Assembly (NCBI RefSeq): GCF_006345805.1
Contig: NC_043002.1
Span: 39,494,001-39,558,000, forward strand
DNA length: 64,000 bases
Source of the DNA: Octopus sinensis
Taxonomy: Eukaryota
Reading direction: 5' to 3'
In this document: positions 14,025-27,000 of the stretch, one piece after another
Position numbering within the stretch: position 1 is the stretch's first letter
Layout: each line of letters opens with the position of its first letter
Translations under genes and position numbers: made by a program
Notes under the pieces: generated by a model
The model's database searches: none
Told to the model about the DNA's origin: nothing
The model's input: only the letters and a program-made list of their open reading frames with translations

Positions 14025-14662
14025 TAACCACTGCCACCAACACTCCCACCTCAACCACTGCCACTATAACTACCCCCCACCTCCACCACCATCATCATAA
14101 CTGCTATAACTACTCCCACATCCACCACCATTATAACCACCTCCACTACCATAACCATCTCTACCACCATAACCAGCACTACCAACATAATCACTATCAC
14201 TGCCACCTTAACTATCCTCACCTCCATAACCATAACCACTACTGCCACCTTATCCACCACCATAATCATCACCATAACCACTAACACCACCACTACCATA
14301 ATTACCTCCATCACCATAATCACCTCCACTAATATAACCACCTCCAGCTCCATAACTATCACCACCACTATAACCTCTACCACTACCATAACCACTACCA
14401 CCACCATAACCACTACCATAACCACCACCATCATAACCATCTCCATTAGCATCACCACCACCACTACCACCACCTCCACTATCATAGCTACTACCACCAC
14501 CATAGCCACTACCATAACCACCACCATCATAACCACCTCCACTACCATCACCATCACCACCTCCACTATCATAACTACTACCATCAATCATAACCACCTC
14601 CAGCACTGCCACAACCACCACCAACACCATCACAACCACCTCCACCACTATTACTGCCACCA
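14025..14662 (-). repeat. degenerate Gly/Tyr/Ser/Asp (GGY-rich) triplet tract; possible decayed structural-protein exon
   Basis: Minus strand reads GGGYDGGGYGSGYGGG... with in-frame TAA at 14250-14252 and 14208-14210 plus frameshifts. Confidence 0.5.
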
Positions 14663-15449
14663 GTGTTTTAATGTACTGGAAATTGAAATTGATTTCTTTG
14701 AATTTTTTTCTTTTTCTTTTTCAAATTAATGATTGTGTAATCAATCAACTAGCTAGAAATAACAACCAGGTCTTTATAAATCACACCCCACTGTCTTAAA
14801 AAAATATATATAGAAAAAAAAAAAGTACACATTGGTCAATACAGACTTCAGAAAACAAAAAATACAGGATGGTCGTAACTAGAAAGTGTTTCATCATTGG
14901 TCTGCTCAATCAGGGCTGAACTGTAGCTAATTAAACATCTATAATAACATATTTTTTCGTTAATCATTGTCCATTGAAATTGCATTTACAATACAAGCAA
15001 CACACTGTCCACATTATTGAAGGTACACCATATTTCCAGGATATTCATCCACTTAAACGACTCTGTCCTCTATACCATCAATTTGTATTTGTAAAAAATG
15101 TTTTTGCCATAATTGAACCACTCCTAATTATTTTTTTTGTATTTTTTTCTCTTTTCAGTCTTCTTTTTATTAATTTTTTTTTTGCTTGCTTTTTCTTCAT
15201 TTCTTTTTTTTTTCCTTCTTTCTTTTGCAATCAATAATGATGATCACCATGCAATACATTATTTAACATAGGCTTTTATTAAACCAAAATAATTGAAAAT
15301 CATATCACTGATTGCTCTAAATATCTAATGTTATAAAAACAAGTGAATGAAACGAGAGTGGGGGTTGTGGGTGTTGAGTAGGAATTTTTTTTAATAATTA
15401 CCTGAGCATAGAGAAGAGGTGTGTTGTCAGGAGCTTTTGAGCAGCAGGC

Positions 15450-15900
15450 TTTTTTTCTTTTCTTTTGTGTGTGGCTTTCATTGGAAGGATAGGATTCTGT
15501 CTATGACCTTCAGAGGCCCTCAAAGACTTGTATGATCAATGTGGTTGATGTTTAGCTCGAGCGACTGAACTGCACAGTTAATGGTCTGTCAAGAAAAAAT
15601 ATGTGGATGGGAAAGGGATTCCAGGGAGTTGACATCTTTGGAAGGAAGAAATGAACAATGTAGTTAGTGTAGACCTCAAGAGGTAAGATACAGAATGTGT
15701 AACCAGAGGAGGAGAGATTATGTTGGATGGGCCTGTGTAGAGGTGGTATGCAATTAGTCAGTTCTAAGAAGCAGAGGCTGTTACAGTGCTGTGGACCAGG
15801 GGACATGAGGAAACAGCATAGCTCTCCATTGCTTTTCTTTAGATATCTTTCCCATACACTCTCTTGTAAGCTACTTGCCCACACATTCCTGGGAATTTAG
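15450..15900 (-). pseudogene. very old CR1/L2-like RT C-terminal relic
   Basis: Weak motifs YTFCILPLE and SKDVNSLES in shifting frames. Confidence 0.3.
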
Positions 15901-17309
15901 AACATAAAAACTATAACAAAATGCTATGAAGTATTTTGTTCTTGCTCTAATAATTCTGTCTAGCCATCAGCCCAGACTAGTATATTATTTTACCCAAGGC
16001 CTCTCTGTTGGACAATATTGACCATACATCTGCACAAATATATGCAGGCCAGAGCAAGATCAATTTTTGAGGAAGACAGGCAGTTAGCCATGCATGCATG
16101 TTTCCTCTCTCTGTGCAGTCAATGTTTATCCAAGAGAAAATCCACTGACTTGGGCTGATGCAGTTTGGCACCAGTATTATTGCTGGTGCTGCTGTTGGAA
16201 CACAGAGAACTAGGACATGTACATGCTTAACCCTCCAGCAGTTCTGCTAATTCATGACCTTAAATTGGTGCTCTTGTTATTGAACCTGGAAGGATGAAAG
16301 GCAAAGCTGACCTCTGTGGGATTTGCATGCAGGATGCAGAGAACCAGAACAAATATTGCAAGGCATTTCACCTAATGCACTAACAACTTTGCTGATTTCT
16401 TGTGTCATTTTATCAACTCTGTATAAAAATATTATGTTTGTCCTTCCCACTGCTTCCCATCAGAAAATTAAATACCCAGATATTTCATTTATGAAACAAG
16501 AGTTACTTGATGACTTCACTGGTGCCAGTGACACATAAAAAGCCCTCAGTACACACTGTGCATACGTCAATACTTAAGGGATCTTGTTTAGCAAGTACTT
16601 GGCAACCTCACTAGCGCTGGTGCCATCATAAAAAAACACTCAGTGCACTCTGTAAAGTAGTTAATGTTCAGAAAAGCACTCAGCTGTAGAAGCCATGCCA
16701 AAGCAGAGACTGGAGCTTGGTACAGTCCTTTGGCTTGCCAGCTCCTGTTGAACCATCCAGTCCATACCAGTATGGAAAAAAGATGTTAAATAATGGTGGT
16801 GGGTGGTGATGATAATGTCACAAATATTACTAAAAATGGTTTGAATGTCCATGTAATCATATGTCTTCATAGTCTATAAATCTGGAGCCTTGTGTTCATG
16901 TTGTGAAATCAGTTGTGATTTGAAGGAAATTTAGCTGCTATTTCTAGTAGGTTGAATGAACATGCAGAGACTTCCTCCTTTGACTCAGAATCACAGATAT
17001 CTTACTATGTCACAGTAAGAGAATATGACACATACAGAATGTCAAGAATGACGTGTAATCCTATTTTTTTCTTAACTTGTACAGCCAAAGCCTCATAACC
17101 AGATAAGAAATCAATAATTGCACAGGTTGTTACCATTATTGTTGTGGAATGGATTGGCAGAATTGTAAGTGCATCAGAAAAATGCCATGCAGTATATCTT
17201 CTGGCTCTTCACATTCTTCATTTAGTTCCTTCCAAAGTCAACTTTGCCTCTCCTCTTTTTGGTGGTCTTTAAAATAAAATACTAGTAAAGTATTGGGGTC
17301 AGTGTGGAT

Positions 17310-17500
17310 GTGCTTGGCTTATTGGTTAGGGTGCTGCACTCATGATTGTAAGATTGTGGTTTCAATTCCTGGACCAGGTGATGTGCTGTGTTCTTGAGCA
17401 AAACACTTCATTTCATGTTGCTCCATTCCACTCAGCTAGCAAAATTTATTAATCCTGCGACAGACCAGCATCCTGCCCAGGTTTAGAATCTATACATCAC
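17310..17500 (+). mobile_element. tRNA-derived SINE with CORE-like domain
   Basis: ttggttagggtgctgcactcatgattgtaagattgtggtttcaattcc head followed by tgttcttgagcaaaacactt; related copy at 47525-47850. Confidence 0.65.
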
Positions 17501-17912
17501 AGAATCCTGGAAAGTGGCCTTATCACCTTATAGCTTGAGAAGGACCTTTGATTCTTTTATGATTAAGGTCAATTGTATCAACTATCTCCAACCCCAACTC
17601 TCCTCAAAATTGCTGGCCTTGTGCTAAATCAGACACCATTGTTGCTCTTATTGTTGTTCTTTAGCCCCAGATCTATGATCAAAAACATTCCAGCTATGAC
17701 TGCATGTTTTTTATTAAGAATGTCCACTCTGCTGGGGTTTAATCTGCTTGGTGGTTGGTGTTAGGAAGGGCATCCAGCTGTAAAAACTGGGCCAAAATAG
17801 ACACAGAAGTCTGGTGCAGGTGCCTGCCTGGCCAGCTCCGGTCAAAATGTCCAACTCATACCAGCATGGAAGGTGGATGTTAAACGATGATGATGATGCC
17901 TAAGAATGTTAA

Positions 17913-18139
17913 CCCTTTAGCATTTAAACTAGACATATCCAACCCAAGTATTCTTCCTGTTTTATGTTCAAAATAGCCAGATCTGGCCTCTTACACCTAC
18001 CCTGCAATGTCATACCTAAAGTAAAAAGTCACATTAATGAAATCTCAAAGCTACAAGACAATGCATGAGTAATTCAAAATGATGTAAATATATAAACATT
18101 ACATTTGATAGAGTAATCAATAATCTGAATGCTAAAGGG
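17913..18139 (-). mobile_element. intact piggyBac-type MITE (227 bp)
   Basis: Perfect 12-bp TIR CCCTTTAGCATT/AATGCTAAAGGG with TTAA on both sides (17909-17912, 18140-18143). Confidence 0.9.
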
Positions 18140-19144
18140 TTAAAGTAGCCTTTTCTTTATATAAGTTGGAAAGGTATGATTTGAGAGAGATTTGACTGCT
18201 ATTTCTAGCAGGTCAAATGACTACATAGAGATTCTCTTGCTGGCCTGCAATTCTTCAATATTTCGCTTACTCTATTTATTCATGTGTAATATGAGAAATT
18301 TAACCCTTTTAATACCAACTTGCTTATGACTGCTCCTGGAGGTGCAGGTATGACTGTGTTCAAGAAGCTCACTCTGCAACCATGTGCTTTCAGGTTCAAT
18401 CTCACTGGGAGAAACTATCTTCTACTATAGCCTTAGGTCAACCAATGCCTTGTGAGTGGAATTAATAACTGGAAACTGTGTGGAAGCCTGTCATATATAC
18501 ATGTGTGTCTGTGTGTGAGTGTGTTTGTCCACCACCACCACTATCCATCCATCCATCTATACATACATACATACATGCATATATAAAATAAGACTGAAAA
18601 TGCACGCACTTTACATAGTTTCAATATATTTTTGATATATTTTATATTGTGTTTGTCAAAACTGGTCGGCAAACACAATATAAAATATATTAAAATTATG
18701 TAAAGTGTGTGCATTTTCCTTATTTTATTTTATATATATGTTTTTTGCATAAATACTCACCATGTGGGGATAAACAAAATACCTCCCCTTTTTGTTATTA
18801 TATATATATATAGTTCCCACTAAGTAGTGCTCAAATGATTCAAACTTAGACTCCGATGTTTTTGCAGGTATCATTCCACTGGTAAAGAAGGTTTTAAGAG
18901 GGATCAAGTTGAGTGGGTATAGAGGCAATTATGCAGATAAACAAATTAGACACATCAAATATATTAAATATTAAATATATTAAACATCAGATACAAAATA
19001 TGTATATACATATACATGCAATATGAGAGAAAGCAAAAGGTGGAAACTTTCAGATGATGAATTTTTATGTATAAATATGCAGATATTTATATTAATTGGT
19101 CCAACTTACACAGATCACAAGTAACATAATTATCCACATAATTG

Positions 19145-19178
<34 letters not shown>

Positions 19179-19204
19179 AAAACGATAAACGTCGCCTTTT
19201 TCAA

Positions 19205-19500
19205 ACCTAGCCAGTCCCATGGGCCAGGTTTCCCAGTTTCTGAGGCGTATGAGTTCCCCCCCCCCAGCTGGACAGGACGCCAATCCATCGCAGCGTTACT
19301 CAAGAAACAGGAAGAGAGAGTGAGAGAAAGTTGTGGTGAAAGAGTACAACAGGGGTTGCCACCACCCCCTGCTGGAGCCTCGGAGAGATTTTAGGTGTTC
19401 TTGCTCAATAAATACACACAACGCGCGGTCTGGGAATCAAAACCGCGATCCTCCAACCACGAGTCCACTGCCCTAACCACTGGGCCATTGTGCCTCCACA
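19205..19500 (-). mobile_element. SINE S3, full length
   Basis: tRNA-like head gtggaggcacaatggcccagtggttagggcagtggactcg on the minus strand. Confidence 0.8.
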
Positions 19501-19507
19501 TGTATAT

Positions 19508-20491
19508 TGTTATGCCTGTTGCTCAACTCAACTCAGGACCCTAAGTCGGCGACGACATCTACGCTCAGTCAAATGGAAATCCACCACAGAAAGCGGGAGT
19601 GGGCAGCGAATGCAAGCCAGAGACCAAAGACAACAACAACAAAGGAGAGAGACAGCGGAGGCAGTTGCTTACATTTAACATCAATTTATATAATTTTACT
19701 ACATCAATTAAAACGTTTCAAATACATTTAAAAACAAGGTTAACAGACAATTAACAATTCATAACTTTACAAAATCAATCAAACGTAATACACAAATCGA
19801 CTTTTCCAAAACAATCAACTGGTTGACATGCAACACAATACAGAATCACAACAAAGTCTTTCTCTTTTCTTTTCTCCTCCTTCTCTTCTTACGCAGAGAG
19901 TTCATTCTCAATTTTCTTTAAACATTTACAAGTTCTTTTTTTCTTTTTCTTTTCAACAGATTACAGTCTCTTTTTCAAACATCATAATTCAACATCAAAG
20001 TCCAAAACAGAAATCAAAACATAAACAACAATACAGAATGTTTCTGAACCCGCTATAGTAGTCCAGCTTCTTCGCTGTCATCCTCTTCTCTACCTCTCGC
20101 CTGTCAATTCCCAATATTCTCTGCCTGTCTTCTTCACCTCGCCGTTGCCTCTCGCCATCACCACCTTCTTGGCTGACCGTCTGTATCGACTCACTGTCCC
20201 AACCGGACTCTTTTCCGGCCCTTCGCTGTCTGTCCTTTTGCCAACTGAACCCTTCTCCAGCCCTTCACTGTCTGTCCCTCTAACACCAGTTCGTCGCATT
20301 TTAAAGGGTGGCATTTTAATTTTATTTTTCAACTTTCCCTGACCATGTAAGGGTCAGAGGTAGTTCCTAAACTCATTAATTTTAACCTTGCCGTTGACAA
20401 GACAAAGAACCATTATTTTTTTCCCCGCCGGTTCGACTCCAACCAACGGAACTAGGGCATAGCGTTTTCCCATTTATTCACCTCCATAACA
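19508..20491. mobile_element. solo LTR (984 bp), Gypsy-like
   Basis: Termini TGTTATG...CATAACA (7-bp inverted), 4-bp TSD ATAT at 19504-19507 and 20492-20495. Confidence 0.7.
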
Positions 20492-20516
20492 ATATATATA
20501 CACACACACATATATA

Positions 20517-20830
20517 TTATAGTGGGATAGGCCGGTTTATGGGGTTACATTGGGTTTTTCACTCAAAAGAGGTTTAGCATTATGGTGTATCTTCAGACCC
20601 CAAACACTGCTGGCCTGAGACCTCTTTAAAGTATGGAGGGGGAAAAGCATCATTTTTAAGGGCGAGATAATCACCTAGGGTTTTACTCTTAAAAATGAGG
20701 CTTAACTTCTCCATATTTTAAAGAGGTCTCAGGCCAGCAGTGTTTGGGGTCTGAAGATACGCTATAAGGCTAAACCCCTTATGAGCGAGAAACCCAGACT
20801 AACCCCATAAACTGGCTTACCCCACTATAA
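20517..20830. mobile_element. fold-back MITE flanked by TA
   Basis: Whole element is an imperfect palindrome TTATAGTGGG...CCCACTATAA with a 43-bp perfect core; TA on both sides. Confidence 0.8.
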
Positions 20831-20924
20831 TATTAACTGCTCTACATCTTAGGGTGTGCTTCTCCTCCAGATTTATGTATTTCTACAAGCGATACATACA
20901 TACATGCATACATACATACATACA

Positions 20925-20955
<31 letters not shown>

Positions 20956-21729
20956 GTGTATGCTGTGTCAGTGTGTCTGTGTTTGTATCCCCACCACCAT
21001 CACCACCACTACTTGACAACTGGTGTTGCTGTTTACATCCCTGTAACTTAGTTGTTCAGCAAAAGATATTCATGGAATAAGTACCTGGCTTAAAAAAAAA
21101 AAAAAACATTTCTGATTTCTGGGGGTTGATTCATTCAGCTAAAAAATTCTCCAAGGTGGTGCCCCAGCATAGCCACAGTCTAAAGACTGAAACAAGTAAA
21201 AGACAAAACATAAAAAGTAATTTTCAAAATTATTTGAAACAAAGGCAGTGTGTTCAGCGGAAATATGATAACAAAAGGAACAACAAAATATTTCAGCCAA
21301 AATTGGGATTGGTTTTACACTCAAGTGTAAGATGGTGAGGTGGCAGAATTAGCATTTCTTTCAGATCATTACATTCTGAGTTCAAATTCTGCCTGGGCCA
21401 ACTTTGCTTTTATCTTTCTGGGATAAATTAAATAAAATATGATGGTCATTATATGTCATTATTGGTGTCGATGTAATCTTCTTGTCCCCCTCTCTCAGAA
21501 TTGCCAGCTTTGTGTCAAAATTAGAAATAATTATACTAAAATGCAAAAAAACAATAAAGAAAAAGGGTAAAATATATTGAATAACTGAAGTAGAATTAAG
21601 AGGAATAAAAGTCATTATTATGAATTGTTAAAGGGATTCAAAGTCATACTGGTATCGTCAATTATTGTTCACTGGCACTGCACAACTACATCGGCGGAGA
21701 TGACTCAATAGTAAAAACCAAAAACAAAT

Positions 21730-22942
21730 ACTGTCCTACAAAAGGCAGAAATAAAGCACTTGATTTTTGTAAAACATTACCAATTTTCCTTTCAACAGCC
21801 TACAAAAACAATGAATTAAATCCATCCTTAACACAAATGAATGGAAAAACCTAATCAAGTTAAAGAATGATATAAACCTGACCATTAAAGAAGCCGATAA
21901 AGGAAGTGCAGTAGTGGTAATGGACACAGAGCACTATAAAAATTTAATACTCTACATGTTGGAAAGCAATATTTACAATGAGAAAATAGTACAATACAAC
22001 CCATAGAAGACACTTAAAAACTTATCCACCTTACTTCAAATACATGGAAAAGGCCTCACTAAAAAAAGAAATTGACTATTTATCCAATTTTAAATACAGA
22101 CCAAGTCTATTCTACAGATTATCTAAAATACACAAAAATCCACATATTTGCAAAGCTTGCAAAGATTCTCCAAGCCTATGCATTAATGCCCCCCCCCCCA
22201 CCTACTGACCTCAAACTAAGACCCATCATTGCTGGCCCTGCTTGTGAAACCCAGCATTTGAGCAATCTCCTCAACATCCTACTCAAATCATTTCTAAAAT
22301 ATGTGAAAAGTTTCATCAGGGATGAATTAGACATGCTTAACCACCTCCTGAAGACAATAAATGAAGGAACCTTGTTAGTATCATTCGATGTGGTGAACTT
22401 GTACACCAATATCCCACACAATTATGGTATAGAAGCAATTACCTTCTGGTTGGAAAAATACCCAGATGAAATCCCAGGACACATCAACCACAGATTCATA
22501 ATTGCAACACTGAAATTCATCCTATTGAACAACTATTTCATGATCGATACAGTTTACTATCGACAGAATTTTGTGGAATTGCAATGGGAACCCCAAATTG
22601 CCCCAGTGATTGCTAACCTTGTAATGGGTTACTTAGAACTTAAAATATACCAATCATCACTACAAAAGTATGGCACCTCATTTCATTGCTATTTAAAGGA
22701 GAACTGGAAGAGGTATTTAGATGATTGCTTTATACTTTGGAAAGATAGCATGGACAAACTCCTCGATTTCAAAATAATGCTCACCAATATCAATAGCAAC
22801 ATACAATTCACCATGGAACACAGCAACAAACAACTCCTTTTTCTTGACATCCGAATTAAAATAGTCCCTTTTCTTGACATCCTAATTAAAATAGTCAATA
22901 ACCACATCGAAACAGACCCCATGGTAGAAACAGCTGTAAGAG
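21730..22942 (+). mobile_element. Penelope-like element, reverse transcriptase fragment (frameshifted, 3'-deleted)
   Basis: Motifs IKEADKGSAVVVMD, RPIIAG, LLVSFDVVNLYTNIP, GIAMGT (alternative frame) and RYLDDCFILW; no GIY-YIG domain visible. Confidence 0.88.
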
Positions 22943-23034
22943 TTTAGTATTTTTTTTCTTATTTATTTATTTATCTTATTTATCTATTTATTTACTTGTT
23001 TATTTGCTTATTTCATTTGTTTATTTTGATCACT

Positions 23035-23655
23035 TATACATCTCTAAGATTGTCAGGAAGGCCGAGGGTGTCTTGGCATCACTCAGCAGGTCTTTTGTTA
23101 GCCGCTCTCCAGCCATCTATTTAAAACTGTATACAGCTATGGTACGACCACACTTGGAATTCGCATCATCAGTTTGGAACCCCTATCTTGCACAGAACAT
23201 TGACCTCCTGGAATCTGTCCAGAGACGTGCAACCAAACGCATACCCTCCATCAGACACCTACCATATTCTGAGCACCTTGTTTCCCTGGGCATGGATTCA
23301 CTGAAGCTCCGGCGTTTGGCGACGGACTTGGTAAACACCCACAAAGTTATCAACCACCTCACCAACAACAACACCGAACACCTTTTTGATCTCCATGTGT
23401 CTAACACACGTGGACATGCCTACAAAGTCAGAAAACAATACAGCTCCCATGACTTTCGGAAACATTTTTTCACGCTCAGAGTTGCTGAAGCATGGAATAA
23501 ACTGCCTGCGTCAGTTGTTGACTGCATGACACTGCATCTTTAAGGCCCTCATGCTTTCCGAAATCCGCCGAAACTACACCTGATTATATATACACTTTAG
23601 ATGAGTTGTAGTGCACCTGAGCACTGTACACAATTATTATTATTATTATTATTAT
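23035..23655 (+). mobile_element. CR1-clade LINE 3' fragment with (ATT)n tail
   Basis: LYTAMVRPHLEFASSVWNPY...VQRRATK...TRGHAYKV...FFTLRVAEAWNKLP. Confidence 0.9.
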
Positions 23656-23683
23656 ATGATTGGAATCAATTAATAAATATATA

Positions 23684-24060
23684 GGCGCAGGAGTGGCTGT
23701 GTGGTAAGTAGCTTGCTAACCAACCACATGGTTCCGGGTTCAGTCCCACTGTGTGGCATCTTGGGCAAGTGTCTTCTGCTATAGCCCCGGGCCGACCAAT
23801 GCCTTGTGAGAGGATTTGGTAGACAGAAACTGAAAGAAGCCTGTCGTATATATGTATATATGTTTGTGTGTCTGTGTTTGTCCCCCTAGCATTGCTTGAC
23901 AACCGATGCTTAGCGGTTCGGCAAAAGAGACCGATAGAATAAGTACTGGGCTTACAAAGAATAAGTCCTGGGGTCGATTTGCTCGACTAAAGGTGGTGCT
24001 CCAGCATGGCCGCAGTCAAATGACTGAAACAAGTAAAAGAGAGAGAAAAGAGAGTAAGAG
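23684..24060 (+). mobile_element. SINE S1, full length
   Basis: ggcgcaggagtggctgtgtggtaagtagc head to aagtaaaagagag tail. Confidence 0.9.
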
Positions 24061-24074
24061 TATATATATATGAA

Positions 24075-27000
24075 TGTCTACAGGCTGATGTTTGCTGATT
24101 GATTATCCTCTCCATTTTCTTATTTGCCTTCAGGGTCTCTAGAGCCCATGCCTTCCACACCCTCAGGGTTGGCACCCTCAACGTTGGCACTCTGAAAGGT
24201 AGGTCTGGTGAGATAGTCGAGATGCTTGAACGGAGATGTGTGGATATATGTTGCATGCAAGAAATAAGGTGGAGAGGAGGATCAGCTAGGTTCCTCACAG
24301 GCAAGGAACGCAGGTACAAGATTTTCTGGGCAGGGAACACTGACGGGGTTGGTGGCGTGGGTATACTTATCGCTGAGAAATGGGTAGATAAAGTAATTGA
24401 GGTAATCAGAGTAAGTGACAGAATACTTAAGATTAGATTAGTGCTTCATCATAGTTTAGCAACCATTATATCAGCCTATGCTCCTCAGTCGGGGCTACCC
24501 GATGGACAGAAAGACCGATTCTATGACACTCTACTGCAGACTACCTCATTGACGAACGACAGAGACCTTATCTTGTGGCTGGTGACTTCAATGGTCACGT
24601 TGGACGACATGCTGGGGGCTTCCATGGCGTACATGGAGGCTATGGCTATGGCTCCCGCAACGAGGAGGGAACCAGGCTGCTGGAGTTCTGCGATGCAAAT
24701 AATCTTATGATTTGCAACACTAACTTCAGGAAACCTACCAGCCACCTAGTCACTTACCAATCGGGCCAACATACCAGCCAAATTGACTACATCCTTACAA
24801 GGCAAAGGGAGAGATGGCTGCTTATAAATGCCAAAACCTTCCCAGGTGAAGAATGTACCCCACAACAGACTGGTAGTTAGTGACTTTAGGATCAGGACTA
24901 GGAGGACAACCAGAAGACGACAAATATGGAGAAGAAGGATCTGGAAGCTTAAAGATCCTGCAAATGGACAGAGATTTAGGGACATATTACTTGAAGCCTC
25001 TGACGAAGTAGAAGGGGATAGAGCATCAGGGGGGGGGTAGAAGACAGCTGGACGTTTCTAAGGGACAACCTGCTGAGAGAGCCACTGACCAGATCTGTGG
25101 CTGGGCAAAGTCCCCTCTCGACCTAGAATAACGTGGTGGTGGAACAATATTGTAGACAGGGCTATTATTAGAGAAAAGAGACAGGCTTGGAAGGTCTGGA
25201 AAAATGGGGGTAGCAGGGAATTGTATCAGACTGCCAAAAGAGAAGCTAGGAGACAGGTTTATTTAGCCAGAGGGGAAGCAGATAAGAAAAAATTTGCCAA
25301 TGTTCTGCGCCGTGAGGACCAAAGACTGGAGGTGTTTCGTGTTGCAAGACAGTGTGTGAGAGAGAATCGTGATGTGGTAGGAGAGAAGTGTGTTCGCATG
25401 GAAGATGGTTCACTTGCGCTAAATGAGGATGCAAAGAGAGAGGTTTGGAGATGCCACTATGAAAGGTTGCTGAATGAAGAAAATCAATGGGATAAAGAGA
25501 GTCTGCCGAATGTTGACCCAACAGAGGGACCAGCTATCCGAGTTGATAGTTCTGTGGTAGCTAAGGCAATTAGAAGCATGAAGACAGGGAAAGCCCCAGG
25601 CCCATCAGGAATCACTGCAGAGATGCTCAAAATGTCTGGTAGTGTCGGCTATAGCCTAGTCACCCATATAGTTAATCAGGTGATACACAAAGGGTCATAC
25701 CCAATGACTGGTGTAGCAGTATAATAGTCAACTGCTACAAAGGTAAAGGTGATGCCCTAGATACAAATAACTACAGAGGTATCAAGCTGTTTGACCAGGT
25801 GATGAAGGTTACGGAGAGGGTCATAGCCCAACTAATTAGAGAGAGAGTTAGTTTAGATGAGATGCAGTTTGGGTTTGTTTGTGCCAGGGAAAAGTACTAC
25901 TGATGCTATATTCCTGGTAAGGCAGCTGCAGGAGAAATACCTAGCCAAAGATAAGCCCCTGTACCTGGCTTTTGTTGACATGGAGAAAGCCTTCAACAGG
26001 GTCCCCCGATCCCTTATCTGGTGGGCAATGAGAAAACTAGGGATAGATGAATGGTTAGTGAGAGCTGTGCGGGCCATGTATAGGGACGCCGCTAGTAGGG
26101 TGAGGGTTGGAAATGAGTACAGTGAAGAATTCCGGGTAGAGGTAGGGGTCCACCAAGGCTCAGTACTCAGCCCCCTCCTATTTATCATAGCCCTCCAGGC
26201 AATAACGGAGGAATTCAAGACAGGATGCCCTTGGGAGCTCCTCTATGCTGATGACCTTGCTCTAATTGCTGAGTCACTATCAGAACTGGAGGAGAAGTTT
26301 CAGGTGTGGAAACAAGGATTAGAATCGAAGGGCCTCAGAGTCAATCTAGCTAAAACCAAAGTCGTAATCAGTAGGAAGGTAGACAAATCACAAACACCTT
26401 CAGGTAGATGGCCCTGCTCGATCTGTAGAAAAGGTGTAGGTAGAAACTCTATAAGATGCACCAAGTGTAAGCTATGGACACATAAGAGATGCAGCAATGT
26501 CAAAGGAAGGCTAACTAGGAAGATGGCTTTTGTATGTGGCAGATGCTCAGGAACAATAAACACTGAAAATGCTCTGAGACCAACTTCCGTCACTTTCCAG
26601 GGAGAAAAACTAGAAATAGTTGATAGTTTCCGTTACCTAGGTGACCAAGTCAGCAGCGGGGGCGGGTGTGCTGAAAGTGTAACTGCTAGAGTAAGAATAG
26701 CTTGGGCAAAGTTCAGAGAGCTCTTACCTCTGCTGGTGACAAAAGGCCTCTCGCACAGAGTGAAAGGCAGACTGTATGATGCGTGTGTACGAACAGCCAT
26801 GCTACATGGCAGTGAAACATGGGCCGTGACTGCTGAGGATATGCATAAGCTCGCTAGAAATGAAGCCAGTATGCTCCGATGGATGTGTAATGCCGGTACT
26901 CACACTCGGCAGAGTGTAAGTACCTTGAGAGAAAAGCTGGACCTAAGAAGCATCAGTTGTGGTGTGCAAGAGAGACGTTTGCGCTAGTATGGTCATGTGG

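Noticed and set aside
20745-20785. GGGGT-CTGAAGA...AAACCCC in the fold-back MITE
   Set aside because: No stem II and no GAAA core; chance match.
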